A stretch of DNA of 64,000 bases from Daphnia carinata (taxonomy: Eukaryota), in assembly GCF_022539665.2 (NCBI RefSeq), contig NC_081333.1:9424001-9488000 (forward strand), read 5' to 3'. Shown piece by piece: positions 10,957-25,621 of this stretch; within the stretch, counting starts at the first letter, position 1; each line of letters begins with the position of its first letter. Below the pieces are notes generated by a model that saw nothing but the letters and a program-made list of their open reading frames with translations, ran no database searches and was not told the DNA's origin. The position numbers were made by a program, and so were the translations under genes.

Positions 10957-13900
10957 GGCATGCCCATCTTTGCAGCCTTCATAACGGACGGCTGTTGCGA
11001 AGGTGGAAGGAAGAAAGAAAAACAAAAACAAAAAGACCAGCAGCAACTCATCACGGAACGGGTCTACTGCATTCATCACCGTCGCTGCGATAGCGATCAT
11101 TCCCGAACGGAAGAATAAAGGAAGAAACAGAAATAAGAAACCCAGCACAAGCCGTAAAAACAAAGAGGGAAAAAACCATCAGCTGTGGACGCACCCCGTT
11201 ACGAGTTCAAAAACATTCTTTTCTCGGAATTGCTACGAAATATTTATACGTGTGTAAGCCTCTCGATCTTCTTCTGTCTTACGGCTTCCATCTTTCTCTT
11301 TCATTGTTGTTCTCGTCGTGCAGCCTCTTCTGATCGACTCACGCATTCTCAGCCACAACAAACAACACCATTCATAAGGGCGCGAGCTTTTTTTTTCGTG
11401 AACCTGTCCTTCCTTCATTTCCGCATTGGCTCAGTTTCCTTTTAACTGTTTTTAACAATGAAAAGCCTAAAAATCTGAAAGGAGAAAACTATGCCGCCCT
11501 CTAACACGGCCATCCAGCGGCCTATAAAAAAAAAAAATGTAATTTTAGAACTTAGAAAATGCCTCGGAGGTTGAAAGACTAAAGGGGAGCTGCAAAACAA
11601 CAGCCAAAAAAAGAAAAGAAGAAGAAAAACAATCATCACACCGGCCAGGCGAGAGAGACCCTAATTTTTTCCTATATTTCTCTTCTTTTGTTGTTGCTGT
11701 TGGGTTTATTACCATGTGGGTCACACGTTCACCAGGGAGACGGGATCTTCTCCAGTCACGCCGGGAGTCTGAAGATAAACTTGCAAACGAACTTCAAACT
11801 CTGGCGGCAATAGATACGATGCGCGCAGTGTGTAATGAGCACGCAGACACGCAGACACAATGAAGGTACACAGCATCCTGCTAGCCTCAATTCACGACGC
11901 GTCTGAACTCTATCTAACCCTTTTTCTTGAAATCCTTCCTCTAACTCTTAACTTCGGCCTTTCTTTCTACGATTCGTCATCTCTGTTCATTGTAAGCTTA
12001 ATCAAGTCGATTGTCTCCCTTTGCGAGCGTTCTTCCCGAAATCATTCACGACGGTGAAAATGAGCTTTTAAAAAAAAAAGGAATAAGTTAAAGGTGCGGG
12101 TCCGCATCCGTCTATAGTATAAAAAGAAAAACACGAATCCCATACGTTCCTAAAGGGGGAAGGATGATCCGTCAAAAACAATGGATGAAACGAGACGAGA
12201 GTAGGTGGTGGATGAAAGAGACAAGTTGAGAGGGTTATTGACGTATTACCTGTCATCCAACACGTCCCATGCTGGCCAGGCCAGCATCGGGTTATTGGGG
12301 GCCGGAGCGAACCGACAGTCTTGACAGCAGCCGCAGCAGGGCGGCGGATGGTGGGAGCGCCGGAATAGGGCGCGGCTTCTCAGTTCCAACTGTTCCCAAT
12401 ACATTTTCTTCCGTTCGTGCCTGTCGGCAATGAGGAAAAAAAAAAAAAAAACATACAAAATAAGAAAGAATAAGTCGACAAGGATTAAGGCCAAATCGGA
12501 TGCATCCATCATTTGAACCCTAGTCGATACGTCAAATTCACCACCCTAGATATTTCATGCCAAGGTGTTTAAACATTCAAAAACATTTCCCTTATAGGGG
12601 CTGATGTTTTGGTCGACTTGGAAACACGAAATTCTTTCCACCAGCATACACGTTGTAATCTTTAAAATAATCAAAACTCTAATCACCACTCAACATTCCG
12701 CTAGTAATTTTTATCGAATTATTCCGAACCCCAGCCGGATGGGCGTGGGGTCCCTTTTTGTTTTTGTTTGTTTCTTCTTAATCTCAACTATTCCAATTTC
12801 AAAACTTGATTTGAATAAAAATGTCAACATGTTTGAATTATTCGGGAATGCGCTCACTTCTTTTTTTTTTTCTCCTCCCCGTCCAAATCTCATTTAAAAA
12901 ATGTTCAAAACCTTTTTGTTAAAAAAAAAAAACAAACAAAGAAGTTGAACGGCAAGACTGACGGAAGTCGGAGAGGACAGGGACAATGAGATTCTCCTTT
13001 TTTTTTTTGTGTGTGTGTGTGTGTGTGTGATGATATCAAAAACTTACCCGAGGAGCTGGTAGACCAGCATTCCGCTGAATAAAGAGACCAGGATGCCGAT
13101 GACCGAAAGTCCAAAGAGGGCCCTTAGGCAGGCGTACAGGGCACCGTGAACGACTTCGCAGTCTGGCGTGTCGGCAAAGATATACTTTGCGCTACCTATA
13201 AAGTAAAGTGTCAAGTTTTCATTTTTCAAATTCAATGTCTTTCTTTCTATTCTGTTGCACATTTCGTTTGTCATTTACATTTTGCATGGGAAATTAGTTT
13301 GCGTCCGTTTCACTTTCGTTTCTCGTTTTGTTAGACGTCTAATTGTAGCGACGTCAAAAAAAAAAAAAGAGAAATTTTTTTTTGACGTTTCCATGAAAAG
13401 AAAAGAAAAAATGAAATGGACATTTTCAAAAAGCTCCGCGTGATTCAACTGCTGTGACTGGGTATCTTTTATTTTTTTTTTTGTTTCATCAAAAGACAAC
13501 CTTGAACGCAGAGATCCGCAACGAAAACCATCGGATGAGCGAGCGATCGATTGTGCACCGCTCGTTCCATCGTCAACAGTTAAAAACTTTTTTTTTTTTT
13601 TTTTTTAAATTGGTTTCAGCAAGTAGGAAATAAAAAATTTCCTCCTTCATTTCCCTCTCCCCTCCTCCCCTTTTCTTCTTTTTTTTTTTTTTGTTTCTTT
13701 CTTAAAAACCCATTCATCTACGTCATCTGTCTGTATGATTTCACAGATTTTTTTTTTTCCTTTTTTCGCTTGAACAAAACTGAAATGATAGAATTTAATG
13801 CATTTAGAATTTACCTTGATCGTGAGTGGGATCGATGATGGGAACAATTCCGGCTGCTTGTTGCTGGCCGTTGACATTGGTAACTCCTCCCCCTCTGATA

Positions 13901-16900
13901 GCTGCGGACGAACCTGTGAAGCAAGTGCACGAGCGGCCGCGGGCATTGTAGACGCACTCACGCAGCGTCTGCAGCCGATTCATGTGCACCACCGTCGTGG
14001 TGACCGTGATGACGACGCAGACAACGGCGCACACAAGGCAGCACGCCCCGCATAATTTCACCTATATGAACCGTGTCCGACCGCACACGCACACGAAACA
14101 CAGAACCGAAAGTGGGGGGAGGCAGAAGAAAAACAAAGCAAAACAATTCAGTTAAAATATTGAAAAGAAGAAATCAAACAAGGTCAAAAGAATTCTTTCG
14201 GAATTGAAAATTCGCGAATTATTGTAATCATTTCAAATACTCGGTTGTTCCCTCAAGTCGCAAACACGGTTTTCTTTCTGATTTAGGAACGAAGGTGAAA
14301 CCTTGCCATTGACATGTTTCCATTCAAATAAAAAAATATATATCTTTTTCATGGCCTTTTTTTTTTTTATTATTATTCGCCATTTCCCGCTTTTTATTTT
14401 TCAAACTTGTCTCCGTTATTTAAACCACCCACGAATTTGAACAAAAAATTCTCTTTTAAGATTTTTTCTCCATGGGCAAACTCTAAAGAAAAGAAAAACA
14501 AAATAAGCCACTTTGGCTCGTGTAGTGAACACGAAATAGTTCGAACATTCCTTTCTTTTTTCTTTTTTTTTTTCAGGGAACCAAACGAGTGCGGGTCCTT
14601 TCCCGAAAACAACAAAAAAACAAAACAAACGTTTGAATAAGGAATTATGTTTTACGAGCTTTCAGGATAGAGGAAGAAACGTAAAAAAAAATTGAGGGCG
14701 ACCTCACAGATCGATGATGATGGGAATGGAATGAACTGTCAAAGACAAAACGTCCGGGGGAATAGCCTATAGCAATTGGCTTTAATGATGATTGAGAATA
14801 AATACGAAAAGATTGAACGCGCGCTAACACGAACCCAAGTTGGGCCCACTATAAGTTTGGAAACCCTTAAGAACCGGATACCTTACGCGTGTGAGCCGAA
14901 AGGTCGTCTGCACACAGAGAGAAGTGCACTACACCTGTATAGGAATACTGGATTTGAAAAAGAAAAAAAAAAAAAATTCAGGAGCTGAAAAGGCCCTCGA
15001 AGTGGCGTGTGAACTGGGAGCTGGAAAATTCACATATTTTGTCAACACACACACAAATTCCCTGCCGTATGGGGGTCGTGTGAAACAAATATGATGAAGG
15101 CAAAAATGCGACGATTAATATTCACCTTTTTTTTTTTTCGCTCTCTCACATTTTCGTGACTTTGTAAAACTTGATTGCCTTTTCCCTTTTCGTGGAAACT
15201 GTTTTTTTAAGGGTGCGGTTCCCGACCAGCGGAATCGCGCCATGTCTTGATTTGCACATATGCGTACCACTCACGTAGATCCCTTTCGCTATCACGTACT
15301 GGCTCTCTGTAGATAATTCGGAACCCCTTCTTCAAAATTGCACAATCGGAGCAGTTTGTAAAAGAAGTTAAGTAGTACCGTGAAATTTCTCTCCCCCCCC
15401 CCCCTCAGAAAAAACAACGCAACAACTCACGACTTGTTTCCTTGAACGTGTTTTTTTCTCGTTAGTTCTTATTCACTTTTTTTTTCCTTCTTTCTTTTAA
15501 CTAGAAAAAAAAAAAAAGAGAGGAAGACTTCAGAGATAAAAAAGAAAAAGAAAGAGAATTTTTATGGCTAACCTTCGAGCTCGACGAGTTCACCCCCGGC
15601 GGAGGGGAATGAACAGTTGGTAAAACTTGGTCACGCATAAATTGCCGATATAATCAGGCGAACGTATTTTGATTCAGACATCCAATGTTGCGCATTTTTT
15701 GCCCTTTTATTGAAATGTTACAGATTTTGCCCGTCCTTAGTTTTGCTTTTAAATACATTCATTTTCTTTTTGTCTGTTGTCCCTTCATTTGTCCCGAAGC
15801 TGATGGCCGCATTCGACGTTGAACGACAAATTCCTACCCCAAATGAGCGCAAAAATTCATTTGCATTCGTTTCGTCAATCAAAACTTGTCGCTTGAAATG
15901 CGAGAGTTACCTGAATGCAACTTATTTAACTTTTATAAAAAAAAAAAAAAAAAAAAACCTGCTGAAAAGGAAAAAGGGGGAACTTTTACACAAGAAAAGT
16001 TTCTACGAGTTTCTACGAGACTGGGTAATGAGATCACACGCAGCATTCAACTTGAGGAAGCAACCAAATAAGGTGAAAAAAAAAGGGAGAAGAATATTCT
16101 AAGAAAAGGAAGATCTAATTTGTAATTTTTTTTTTCCTTACCAAATATCCGAAACGGTTCCTTCTCCAACCGAAGCAAAGCATCAAAAGTCCCGTAACGA
16201 TCAACTGTCAATGTCCCCCACCAAAGAAAAACGTATATTTAATCAATGGTACATTTCTTTTTTAAAGCTTCATTTCTTTGACTTACCGAGACTGAAGCGA
16301 CGTAGGATGGTACAGTCTCGAAGTAGTGCAACGACGAAGTGTAGGATCGCAGGACGACGTAGAGAACGGCGAACAAACTGCCCAGGATGATGGCCAATCC
16401 GCCGCAAGCAGCGCACAGCATAACGTATTTCTTGCTGCACGGATTGCAGTTGTTGTTTGAAGCTGCCACCATCACGAACAGACAAACAACAAACAAAACA
16501 AAAAAAAAGAAAAAAAGAAAAATACAGAATTAATGAGGCATACATGTGTGTATAAATATAAACAGTATGGTGATGAATCCAGACCATATATAGAGTCGCA
16601 AGGGCCGAAGAGGAGAGCGACTAAAGGTCTTTTTTTTTTTCTTTACTACATTGCCATATTGAGCCGGTGAGACGAATATAAACGCCACGAGGGCTTCGTT
16701 TAGGTTCAACAAGGTGAGAGTCGAGGATAGGTAGATTAGCATACAGCGACATGTCCGCCGAATTTATACGCATCGATTAGTAGTTTGTCTAAACCCCCTC
16801 GTGCACAAAGTTGTTTCAAAAAAAAAAAAAAATCTATTCCTCCTCGCTTTTTTGTTTGTTTCCTCGATGCGGGTTCTATACAATGTTCCTTTTCTTTCTT

Positions 16901-19237
16901 TCTTTTTTCTTTTTTCTTAAGTGAAGAGGGTATTTTTGTCGCCCATTTGACCGTGCCGAGGCACTCTCCCGAGCCACACGCTGCGGCCAAGATTTGTCAG
17001 CGTCACTAGGGGGACATGTCATGACCGCCGTTCCATGACTTCGCTCAACGACGGACCCCCTTTAAGCGTAGAGGGAAGCCAAAGTCACTAAACCAAACAA
17101 GTATCAAGGAGCTGAAAATTCGCTGCTCTCCCAGCGGTGCAATTTTCCACAGAAAAAAAACAAAACACACACAACAAACGAGCAAGTGGTGAAGCTTTCA
17201 GCGCATTCCCAATCTGCAGTGTCATGTTTACGTGGAACACGTCGTAAAAGAGTACCAGCGCAAATGCGACTAGCTTTTTTCTTTCTTTGTCGCTCCATCA
17301 ACAGCTCATTCCATTTATTTCTTTTTTTTTTTTTTACATGTTTTGTTTTAAATTTTCTTGAAGAAAGAGCGCCAGAAAAAAGAAAGAGGGGGGTTATTAG
17401 TTTGACCAGTCGTGTGGAAAATGCAACTTAAAAAAAAAGAAAAGAAAGAAATGGATCCCGCGAGCGCTATTGCGAGACGAAAGTCTGGAACTCTCATCGT
17501 TGGCTAGTGGCGTCATTGGCCGTTGGAGCGTGATTTTTTGTTCATCAGGATACAATAATAAGGCGTCGTGAAAAAGAAAAAAAAGAAACCAAGCCAACGG
17601 TCGGGACGATTGAACGAGAAACGACGGTGACGAATGACCAAGTCATCACCGACGAACTGCGTGACGGACGCCCCCCTACCTCATCGTGCTACGCACCCCG
17701 CGGAAAACCAACTAAAGCTGGAAAAAAAAAAAAAATAAAATACTGACTCGAGCTGGAACTGTTTTCCCATTGACTTTCAACAACAACAACAACAAATGGA
17801 TTCCAAATTTTTTTTTCTGTTTGCTGCCCTTGAGGAGGTTTTCCCTTTTCGATTTTTTTTTTTTCTTCTTCAAAAGTACATTTTTAAAAAACATAAACTA
17901 TTATCTCTTTCTTCCCTTTTTGCCGTCAGACTGTGTCGGTCTCGCTCTCATCCGAAAATCCTTTTTTTTTTTCTTTCTATATTTTTCTACGTCTCCTCGC
18001 CCCCCGTCGTTCACTCTCCTACACGGAACCAAATGGCGTGAGAAAAGATATATGTCTACTTCGTTCGTTCGTTCGTTCGTTTTTTTTTGGCCGCTTAAAG
18101 GGCGTGAGGACGTGGAACTTTGCCAGCTGCCGCTAGACGACCAAAGTCTTTTTTACTCTGGTCTTATCTTGCAACACTGAAGGCAAACACATTTCTTTCA
18201 AAATCAAAAATGACAACAAAAAAAAAAAAAGATGAGACTGGTCAGGTTGGTTTGAGTTCCGTTGGGTGGTGCGAAAAAAGAAGACAGTTTGAAAACATTG
18301 ATGTTCAAAAAAAAAAAACACACGAACAAACGGGGTGGAAAACTAAATGTAGCGTTGGAACAAGCAAACCACGTGACCTCATTTACCTTTGGCATTCGTC
18401 AGGGCGTCTTCAATTATTCACACGCTCATCAGACGTCACGCAGAGAAACGCGACTTAGCCCATGCCCGCCACTTGCCTACCAAAAGCTCCAGAGTATTCA
18501 CAAATGGTTTCTTTTTTTTTTTTTTCTTACAAAAAAAAAAATGAAGCTCAGCACAGAAAATAATAATAAACAAAAGAGTAGCGATTATGCGAACGCGCAA
18601 GATTTTGCGCTGTTAGTTTTCTTTCTTACCCGTTGTGTGTTCACGCAAGCGGCGCTCCCTATATACTCCTACACCGCCCTTCCCCTTTCATTTTTTTTTT
18701 ATACAAACACACGAACGATACAACTTTTATTTTTTTATAGGACGTGTTGTAAAGAAACAAAAATGTTCCCCGACTTCCCTCCCCGGAAAAAACAACAACA
18801 ACATCAACAACAATACGTTCGTGTCTAGGACATAAGCGAAGGACTTTTAATGACATTCTTAACGGCTAACGCCGTTGATGAGGGGATTTCTGCTTTCCTC
18901 TTTATGTCGTATTAGGTAGAGAATGAAAGAAAGAAAGAAAAAAAAAGTAAGAAAGGCCACCGCAATTTGTTTGGGAGGAATAAAAAAATCGTTTGAAAGT
19001 TTTCGCTTTTCTTCAGCCGGAGGGGAATTTGCTTTTTTTTTTTCTACAAAATTAGAAGAAAAGAAAAAAAAAAGGGAAGACGTAATTCATAAATTTACCT
19101 GCGTCTTGATTTTCAACGACTCTCGCGTTGCTAGGGATGTTCTCGACCAGAGGTCGCGGAGGTAGAGCAGGTGGTTCGGCCGGTGCTGGACCCAAGGCGG
19201 TCTCATTGTTCCGTCGTATTTCTCGTGCATTCCCCAT
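8418..19237 (-). CDS. FAM189/ENTREP-like (CD20-like fold) four-pass membrane protein with long disordered cytoplasmic tail
   Basis: Phase-consistent GT-AG exons: 19237-19099, 16462-16287, 16204-16142, 14061-13815, 13195-13048, 12420-12250, 10144-9914, 9827-9253, 9103-8418. Four hydrophobic segments, a Cys-rich loop (LQTLRECVY...SCTC...DCEVVHGAL) between TM3 and TM4, and PPPPY in the tail. Family assignment is from topology and motif recall. Confidence 0.78.
10930..10956. repeat. (CT)n microsatellite
   Basis: Directly visible. Confidence 0.9.
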
Positions 19238-22094
19238 GACTGTTTCAAATTCGAATTGTTTTTGTTGTTGTAAATTTCAATTTGTCTTACACTCAAACAT
19301 ACGGCCTATCTAAATTCTATCACTGGTTTGCTGTTCGGCTAACTCAAACAACTGCCGAGGCAAAAATACACAGACACGTTTCGTCAATTGACTTCAAGAA
19401 GAAATAAATAGGACGATGATTTCGTTCGTGATCGGCTAATTGCCAAGTGTTGGGGGACGGGCGAAATTGAAACAATAAAATTAGACCAGTTGTCTAGTTG
19501 TTAACGGTCAGCGAGAAAATAATAGGGAACTTATAAATGTCACATCACTGTCACATCCTGTTTGGCCAGTTTCGGTTGCTTAGCAATTTTTGCTCGGACT
19601 ACACCTGGGGTTTTCACTTGTTTCCATGTCCTGATTTTTTTTTCACTTCAAAAAATATGAATATTTTTCGATTTAGATTATGTTTTCGTTCTTTTTTTCT
19701 TCGTTTCTGAAAAACAATTCAGACTGACGTACTCGGAACGAGTGTTTCCATTCTCACAAAATATGTCTGCTTGTCGTCTGCAATTATTCTCTTTCCAGCT
19801 CTGGTAATAAATTAAGTTTCTTTTTCGATCACTTGTTTCACTCAAAAAAAATTTTTTTTTAAACACGTATTTGCATACGTGAACTCTTTAAGATGATTAT
19901 TTCACTGGGTATTTGGTTTTTTAGTTTTCTTCCATCGCGTGACCAGTAATCAGCAAACTCTTCCTCTTCTTGAACGTCTCGTTTCGCACTGGACAAGGAA
20001 CTGCCACGAGAGAAAAACAAGAGCCCAGAGAGAGAGAAGCGTGGGCTCTTTCTCTGGCAAGTTTCGACAGAAGAGTGAGAGCGATTCAGAAATGGAGGGC
20101 TAGACGAGGAACAAGTGGTGGAGAGACACACGGCAAGAGTGAGCAACTCTGTAAAAGTAGAAGAAAAGAAGGGAAGAAAACCTAAAGAAACGTCTTGGAA
20201 CTGTAGTCAAGGCAAAATGAGAGACACTATACACTACGCGTCAAGCGAAGGAATTCACTAGGATCCAATAATGTCATATTCTTGTTGTCTCCCTCTCTCG
20301 AAAAATACAATTTCCTTTTATTTCTGTTGTTGTTGTAGTTTCGGCTTCAAGCGTGGAATTTTTTCATATTAGAATGAAAAGGGAGGGGAGTTTAAATATA
20401 TATATAAAATAACGTTTTCTTTTCTTTGAAGGGAAAAAAAGATATATTCAGTAGATGGTGTGGCCAAGCAAGAAAAGGGGAGATTGATGCCCACGGTGAA
20501 ATTGGATGGATCTTTACAAAAGTATATATGTACACTACACGAAAAATAGAGGCCTCGCTACACTCTACTAGATCTCTATAGTCAAAGTGTTGGAAACTAA
20601 AATAAAAAAAAAAATCAAAAGAAAAGAAGAAAGAGAGTTATTATTCCGAGTGGCCGAGTGATGTGTACCTATCGCGATTGTATATTGGATTTTTTTTTCC
20701 CATTGGTCAGCAAAAGAATTTTCCCTTTCTCCACAATTTATTTTCAAAGAGATTTAATGAAAAGGGGAGAAAAAAAAATTATATTTTGGAGAGTTCACGC
20801 GAAACGCAGAACGCCTGTAATAAACAAACGAAACGAGTCGTGAGAAAAAGAAAGAAAAAGCGATTGTCTTTCGTGAAGCCGATGATTTGTTTCTGTTCAG
20901 CAAACGTGCATGCGCATTAGCGCATTTGCACAGTCAACCCCTCCGTTTGCTGATCGTATATCGTCGAAACTAAAATCTCGTCAATCTGGACTGCCTTCGA
21001 GTCCCGCCCGGTCTATCTAGTAGGTGCACATTATGTAGTTATTATGTATAAGGGTATACGAATACATATATGGCTATTGGACGTGACACACGGGCACACC
21101 CATACGTAAACATCAAAAGTAAAAACAAACCGAGAAAAGACACACACACAAACAAAAGGAAAAAGAAATAGATGTATACCAAACCGCCGTGATAACTACA
21201 CACAAGTGCAAGCAAAAAAAAAAGTGGATAGCAGGTAAATAATAATTAAAAAAAAAGGCCCCCGTTTGACATGAGAAAGTCAATGACCATAATTGGAATT
21301 ATCAATTGAATATGCAAAATGCATAATGCTCTCGATCATCGCTTTTCTTTTCTCGTTCTTCCTTGTAACTCTTGTGCACATGCTTCTTGTTTTTTTGCAT
21401 ATGTTTGTTTGCAAGGTGAAGATCATCGTTTTCCCAGCGCTTCGAAGGAGGTAAATACAATGAAATGGATCGAATGTATAGAAGAATGCAATGTCGGGAA
21501 GGTCAGCTTGACATGTGTGCATACGAGGAAGAGACTTTAGGAGAGTATTGGGTGCCAGGTTTGCTGGCCACACAGTCAAGAGAGATAGAAGAATGAATAG
21601 AATTTCAGAGAAATTCTCTCCACGTTCTGGTGCTCCAGCTATCCGGAGCTGACTTCTCTTGAGGTTTTTTTTTTGTGTGTGTGAAGGAGGGAAAGAAGAG
21701 AAATGAATAGAAAGAAAAAGGATATAGAAAAACAAGACTATGGCTTGAATGAAAAGCACAGAGTTCGAAGTATAGTCCCGAGTCTACATATATAACAAAA
21801 CACAAGAGCAACACACAAAATGTTTGGAGGGGGGAAGGGACCGCAGGCATGAGAGAGAAATATAAGCGGCTGGAATGGTTTAAAAAGAACATGGCTGCCT
21901 TGCAAAGAAGAAGAAGAAGAAGAAAAAAAAACTAACTTTCCAACGTGAAGAAAAACTCGTTTTGGTCGTCCGTGTATAGTGTCTCCTTATATACCTCCAC
22001 TCTTGCTGGGGCCCCTTTGGCTCTCAAGCGTACCTCATCCTGTTGGCTCTCGCTCTGCCTTTAGCTCGCGCTCTCTTCTATACAGAATAATAAA

Positions 22095-22119
22095 ATATAT
22101 ATATATATATATATATATA
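22095..22119. repeat. (AT)n microsatellite
   Basis: Directly visible; a (GA)n tract follows at ~22180-22206. Confidence 0.9.
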
Positions 22120-25100
22120 AAGACTAGGCGATACGTACCAGAGGGCAAAAGAGACAAGAGAATGAAGCCGAGAGGGGAAAGAGAGAGAGAGAGAGCGAGA
22201 GAGAGACTTGCCTGTGTGTGGTGGTGGTGATCTCCACCGGGAGATTAGATGGCAAAGAGGTGATTAAATAAAGGAAGAGAACGCAGGCAAAAAAAAAAAA
22301 ACAGGCGAAGAATAGAGACGAGGTGCCAGAGGGAGGCGGAGGGAAGGTCAATGCGTGCTCCTTTTCTATACCACATTTACTAGCAGTAACAACCGACGTC
22401 CGTCCTCCCCTCTTCTTTTCAAAAAGTTCCACAAACATAAGGAGCTGTTCCAAAAAAAAAAAAAAAATATCCCCCTCTTTTGCCAGAGACTCTCTGCTCG
22501 TTTGCCACCTTCACACTTCTTCGTTTTATTTTTATTTCATTTTTACCCCGAAAGGAAAAAAAGGGGCGACCCCAACCCCCCCAGCGGTAGCACCGTTCGA
22601 CCTCTATTTCTATGCTGAGAAGAAAGAAAAATATTTTGTACAGTAGGTGCACATCCATCTATAAAGAAGAACGGGGGCCTCTATATCTAACTAGTATAAA
22701 TATACTAATCTTTTATGATCCTTCAGGCTTCTTGCACGTCCTCCGCACCACCTCCTTCACGTGTTGATTTTGCCTAAGAACGAAATAGAAATGTACAAAG
22801 GAAGGAGGAAAACGGTTCTAGTCGAGTGGAAGGAACGCTAAATGTATAAATGAAAACTAACTGTACAAGTGCCTAGATGGGTCTTATTGTTGACACAAAC
22901 ACACACACGCACATACCCGGAATCCATTTTTTTTTTTTAAATCGCTGGGTCTATATTTATACAGGGCTTTTATGATTGAATTTGATAGAAATTGACGCGC
23001 CCCCGCCGACGTTGTGTGTTCGGAAATAAGGGGAGCTCTTTCAACAAACATTGTCCCCCCGTTTTCCACGAACTGATGATCACGAACAACAACGTTGAAA
23101 CACGTATGTACATAAGCACTATCAATATTTGCGAATGATTCTTCTTATTTCGTGATCGAAAATCAAAAGACATTTGGAATGAAGCCCCCCCCCAAAAAAA
23201 AACGGGGAGAAAGTATAACTTGTTTCTGTGCAAAAAATGCATAAACACATGAGGAATGTTTACTGTAGAGGTTTCTTAAGAAGAGTCACAACGTGTTCCC
23301 TTTGTACGTTTATGAACATCACGCAGAGTCTCCGTACGCATCATCTCGAAAAGAAAATAAACGATTTCGTGCCGATATTGGTCGTGTCTTTCAACAAAAC
23401 AGGGCCTATTATATTCTTCTATCAATCCGTCTATACGTTTCTGGCTGGGACAGCAAATGCCAAAATGTACATCTCTTCGATCCTTCTTGTTTCTTTTTTG
23501 CTACATCTGACACACTAAATACACACTGTCTGATCATGAGACGTAACCAAACACACACACTCACTTTCTAACATGCCGAAGAAAGAAAAAAAAAGGGAAA
23601 AAAAGAGCGTCGAATGTCGTGTTTTATTGGGATTTGCATGGCGGAGTCGTGGCGTGACCGTTCGCCTTTCAACTTTTTCAATCGCGTCATCACGGCCGAT
23701 CGACTCCTCCGGCGTTCAGCGTTTAGAAGAAAACTTTCTATTAAATAGTCAGCAGAAGAAGAAAGGAAACAAGAGGATACGCGACTATGGAGCCAGATAT
23801 ATATAAATATATGATACCTCCGACTCGACTCAAATTCTCAATATATATGTATTTCTAAAGAGGGGGAAAAAAAAGTTTAAGGGCCAAAAGAAATTTAGCA
23901 TGATTATTTTATTACATTGGCTGCTGTGTATTTGGGGAGAGTCGGGTCAAGAATGTAATATCCGACTCTCTCTCTCTCTCCGCACTTTTTGCCATTATTG
24001 GCATTCGATGCCGTTTGCTGGCGCTGCTCTTTGATCGAAAACATTTGCATATTCGACAGAAGAAAATAGGAAGATTTCTTTTTTTTTTTCTTTTCCTTCT
24101 TCTATTATTTGATGTATCCTTTTGTGCAACAAAAAAAAAATACTTCTGTGAAATCGCCGGGCTGAACTTGCATCAAAGCGCCAGCCTATATAGTCGACTG
24201 TTCTTCCTTCCTTGTAATTTGATTTCTACTCAATCATACATCTTATTTTTAAATGTCTATTCGATGTGGGAACTTGAGAGTGTACGTAAAGTGCAAGGGA
24301 AGCCAACTGCGATCGATAGGGAACCCGATAGTTGAGTGGCAGCACCACCCTGTCTTCGCATCGTCAGCACTTATGATGTACATCTCCAACAAACTTTCAA
24401 CGGATTCTATCTGCGCTATTTTTTTTTTTAAGAATAGCGACATATCCTGCGTCCTTTTTTCCCATTTCGTTTTTCATGCAATGCTGAAAAGACAAGAGGT
24501 TCATTTGAAAAAACTGTCCCAAGCTCCCACTCGTCCACTTGCTCTGCGTATTCTTTTTTTTTTTCCCACTCGATTCTAATTATCAAAAGTATAAAATCCC
24601 AACTTTCACGTCGTGTTTCTTTTCTCTTGTAACGCAGACAGAAAATCCTGTCGATTGATGAAGATGATGGCAACTTTTGCGCATAATCCGAGACAAGGCT
24701 GGAGAAAAGAAAAAAAAAAAAGAATTCAAACGATTTTAATCAGCGAGTCTTAATTAATGGGCGAGGCATCGAGGTGTAGCCTATTCCCAACACTTTTTGT
24801 TAGGAAGGCGGCGGCAGTCAGCCGTGCGCTTTGGTGATGCGTAATTATAAAATATCTCCCCGCTCTCTCTTTCGTACCATCTCACATTCTTATAGATCAA
24901 TCCTTTCCTCTTTTCAAAGGAAGGGAACCGGGGATGCCGCTGTTTTCATTATTTATTTTAAAATAGAAAAGGACCCTCCTCTACTTGCTTTTTTTTTTTT
25001 GTCTGTGTCTCTCTTTATATTCATATTGTTGCTGAAGAACCGCCATTCTCCTATCGCGAGGTTTTCGTATAAAACCGCGATTCGAATCAACCAATGATGA

Positions 25101-25599
25101 ATGATCCTTAGCGGATTTTTCTTTTTTTTTTTTTTAAAGAAGAAGAAAAAAAAAATCAAGACGTCATTCTTTAGTTAATGAAGACTTCACAGTCTTTCAT
25201 AGTCGGGGGCTATAAAAGAAACTAGACACTATAGGAGGGGTGAAAAATCTCTCTCCGCAACGGGATACTTCTTTTTGTTTCACATTATTCCATTTTTTAA
25301 AAAAGAAAAATGTTGTGGAAAAAATGTTTATGCTCTTAAGAAAAGAAAGCAAACAGGGAAATGGAGAAAATTTCTAACCCCCCCAAAAAGCTGTGGGGGG
25401 TATATCGACTGTCATCAAACGCCTTGGACAATTTGAAAGTTAAAAAACAAAAATTCGACACCGTAACGCCATCACGTTAAGCAGCGAAAAAAACAGAGGA
25501 GCGAGAGGATGAAACAATCATCTCCTAGAAATGGCGACCCACCACCACGACGAGCTTCAAATTTCCGTTGTATTATTTCCCTTTTTATATAAGATTAAA

Positions 25600-25621
25600 T
25601 ACACACACACACACACACACC
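25600..25621. repeat. (AC)n microsatellite
   Basis: Directly visible. Confidence 0.9.
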
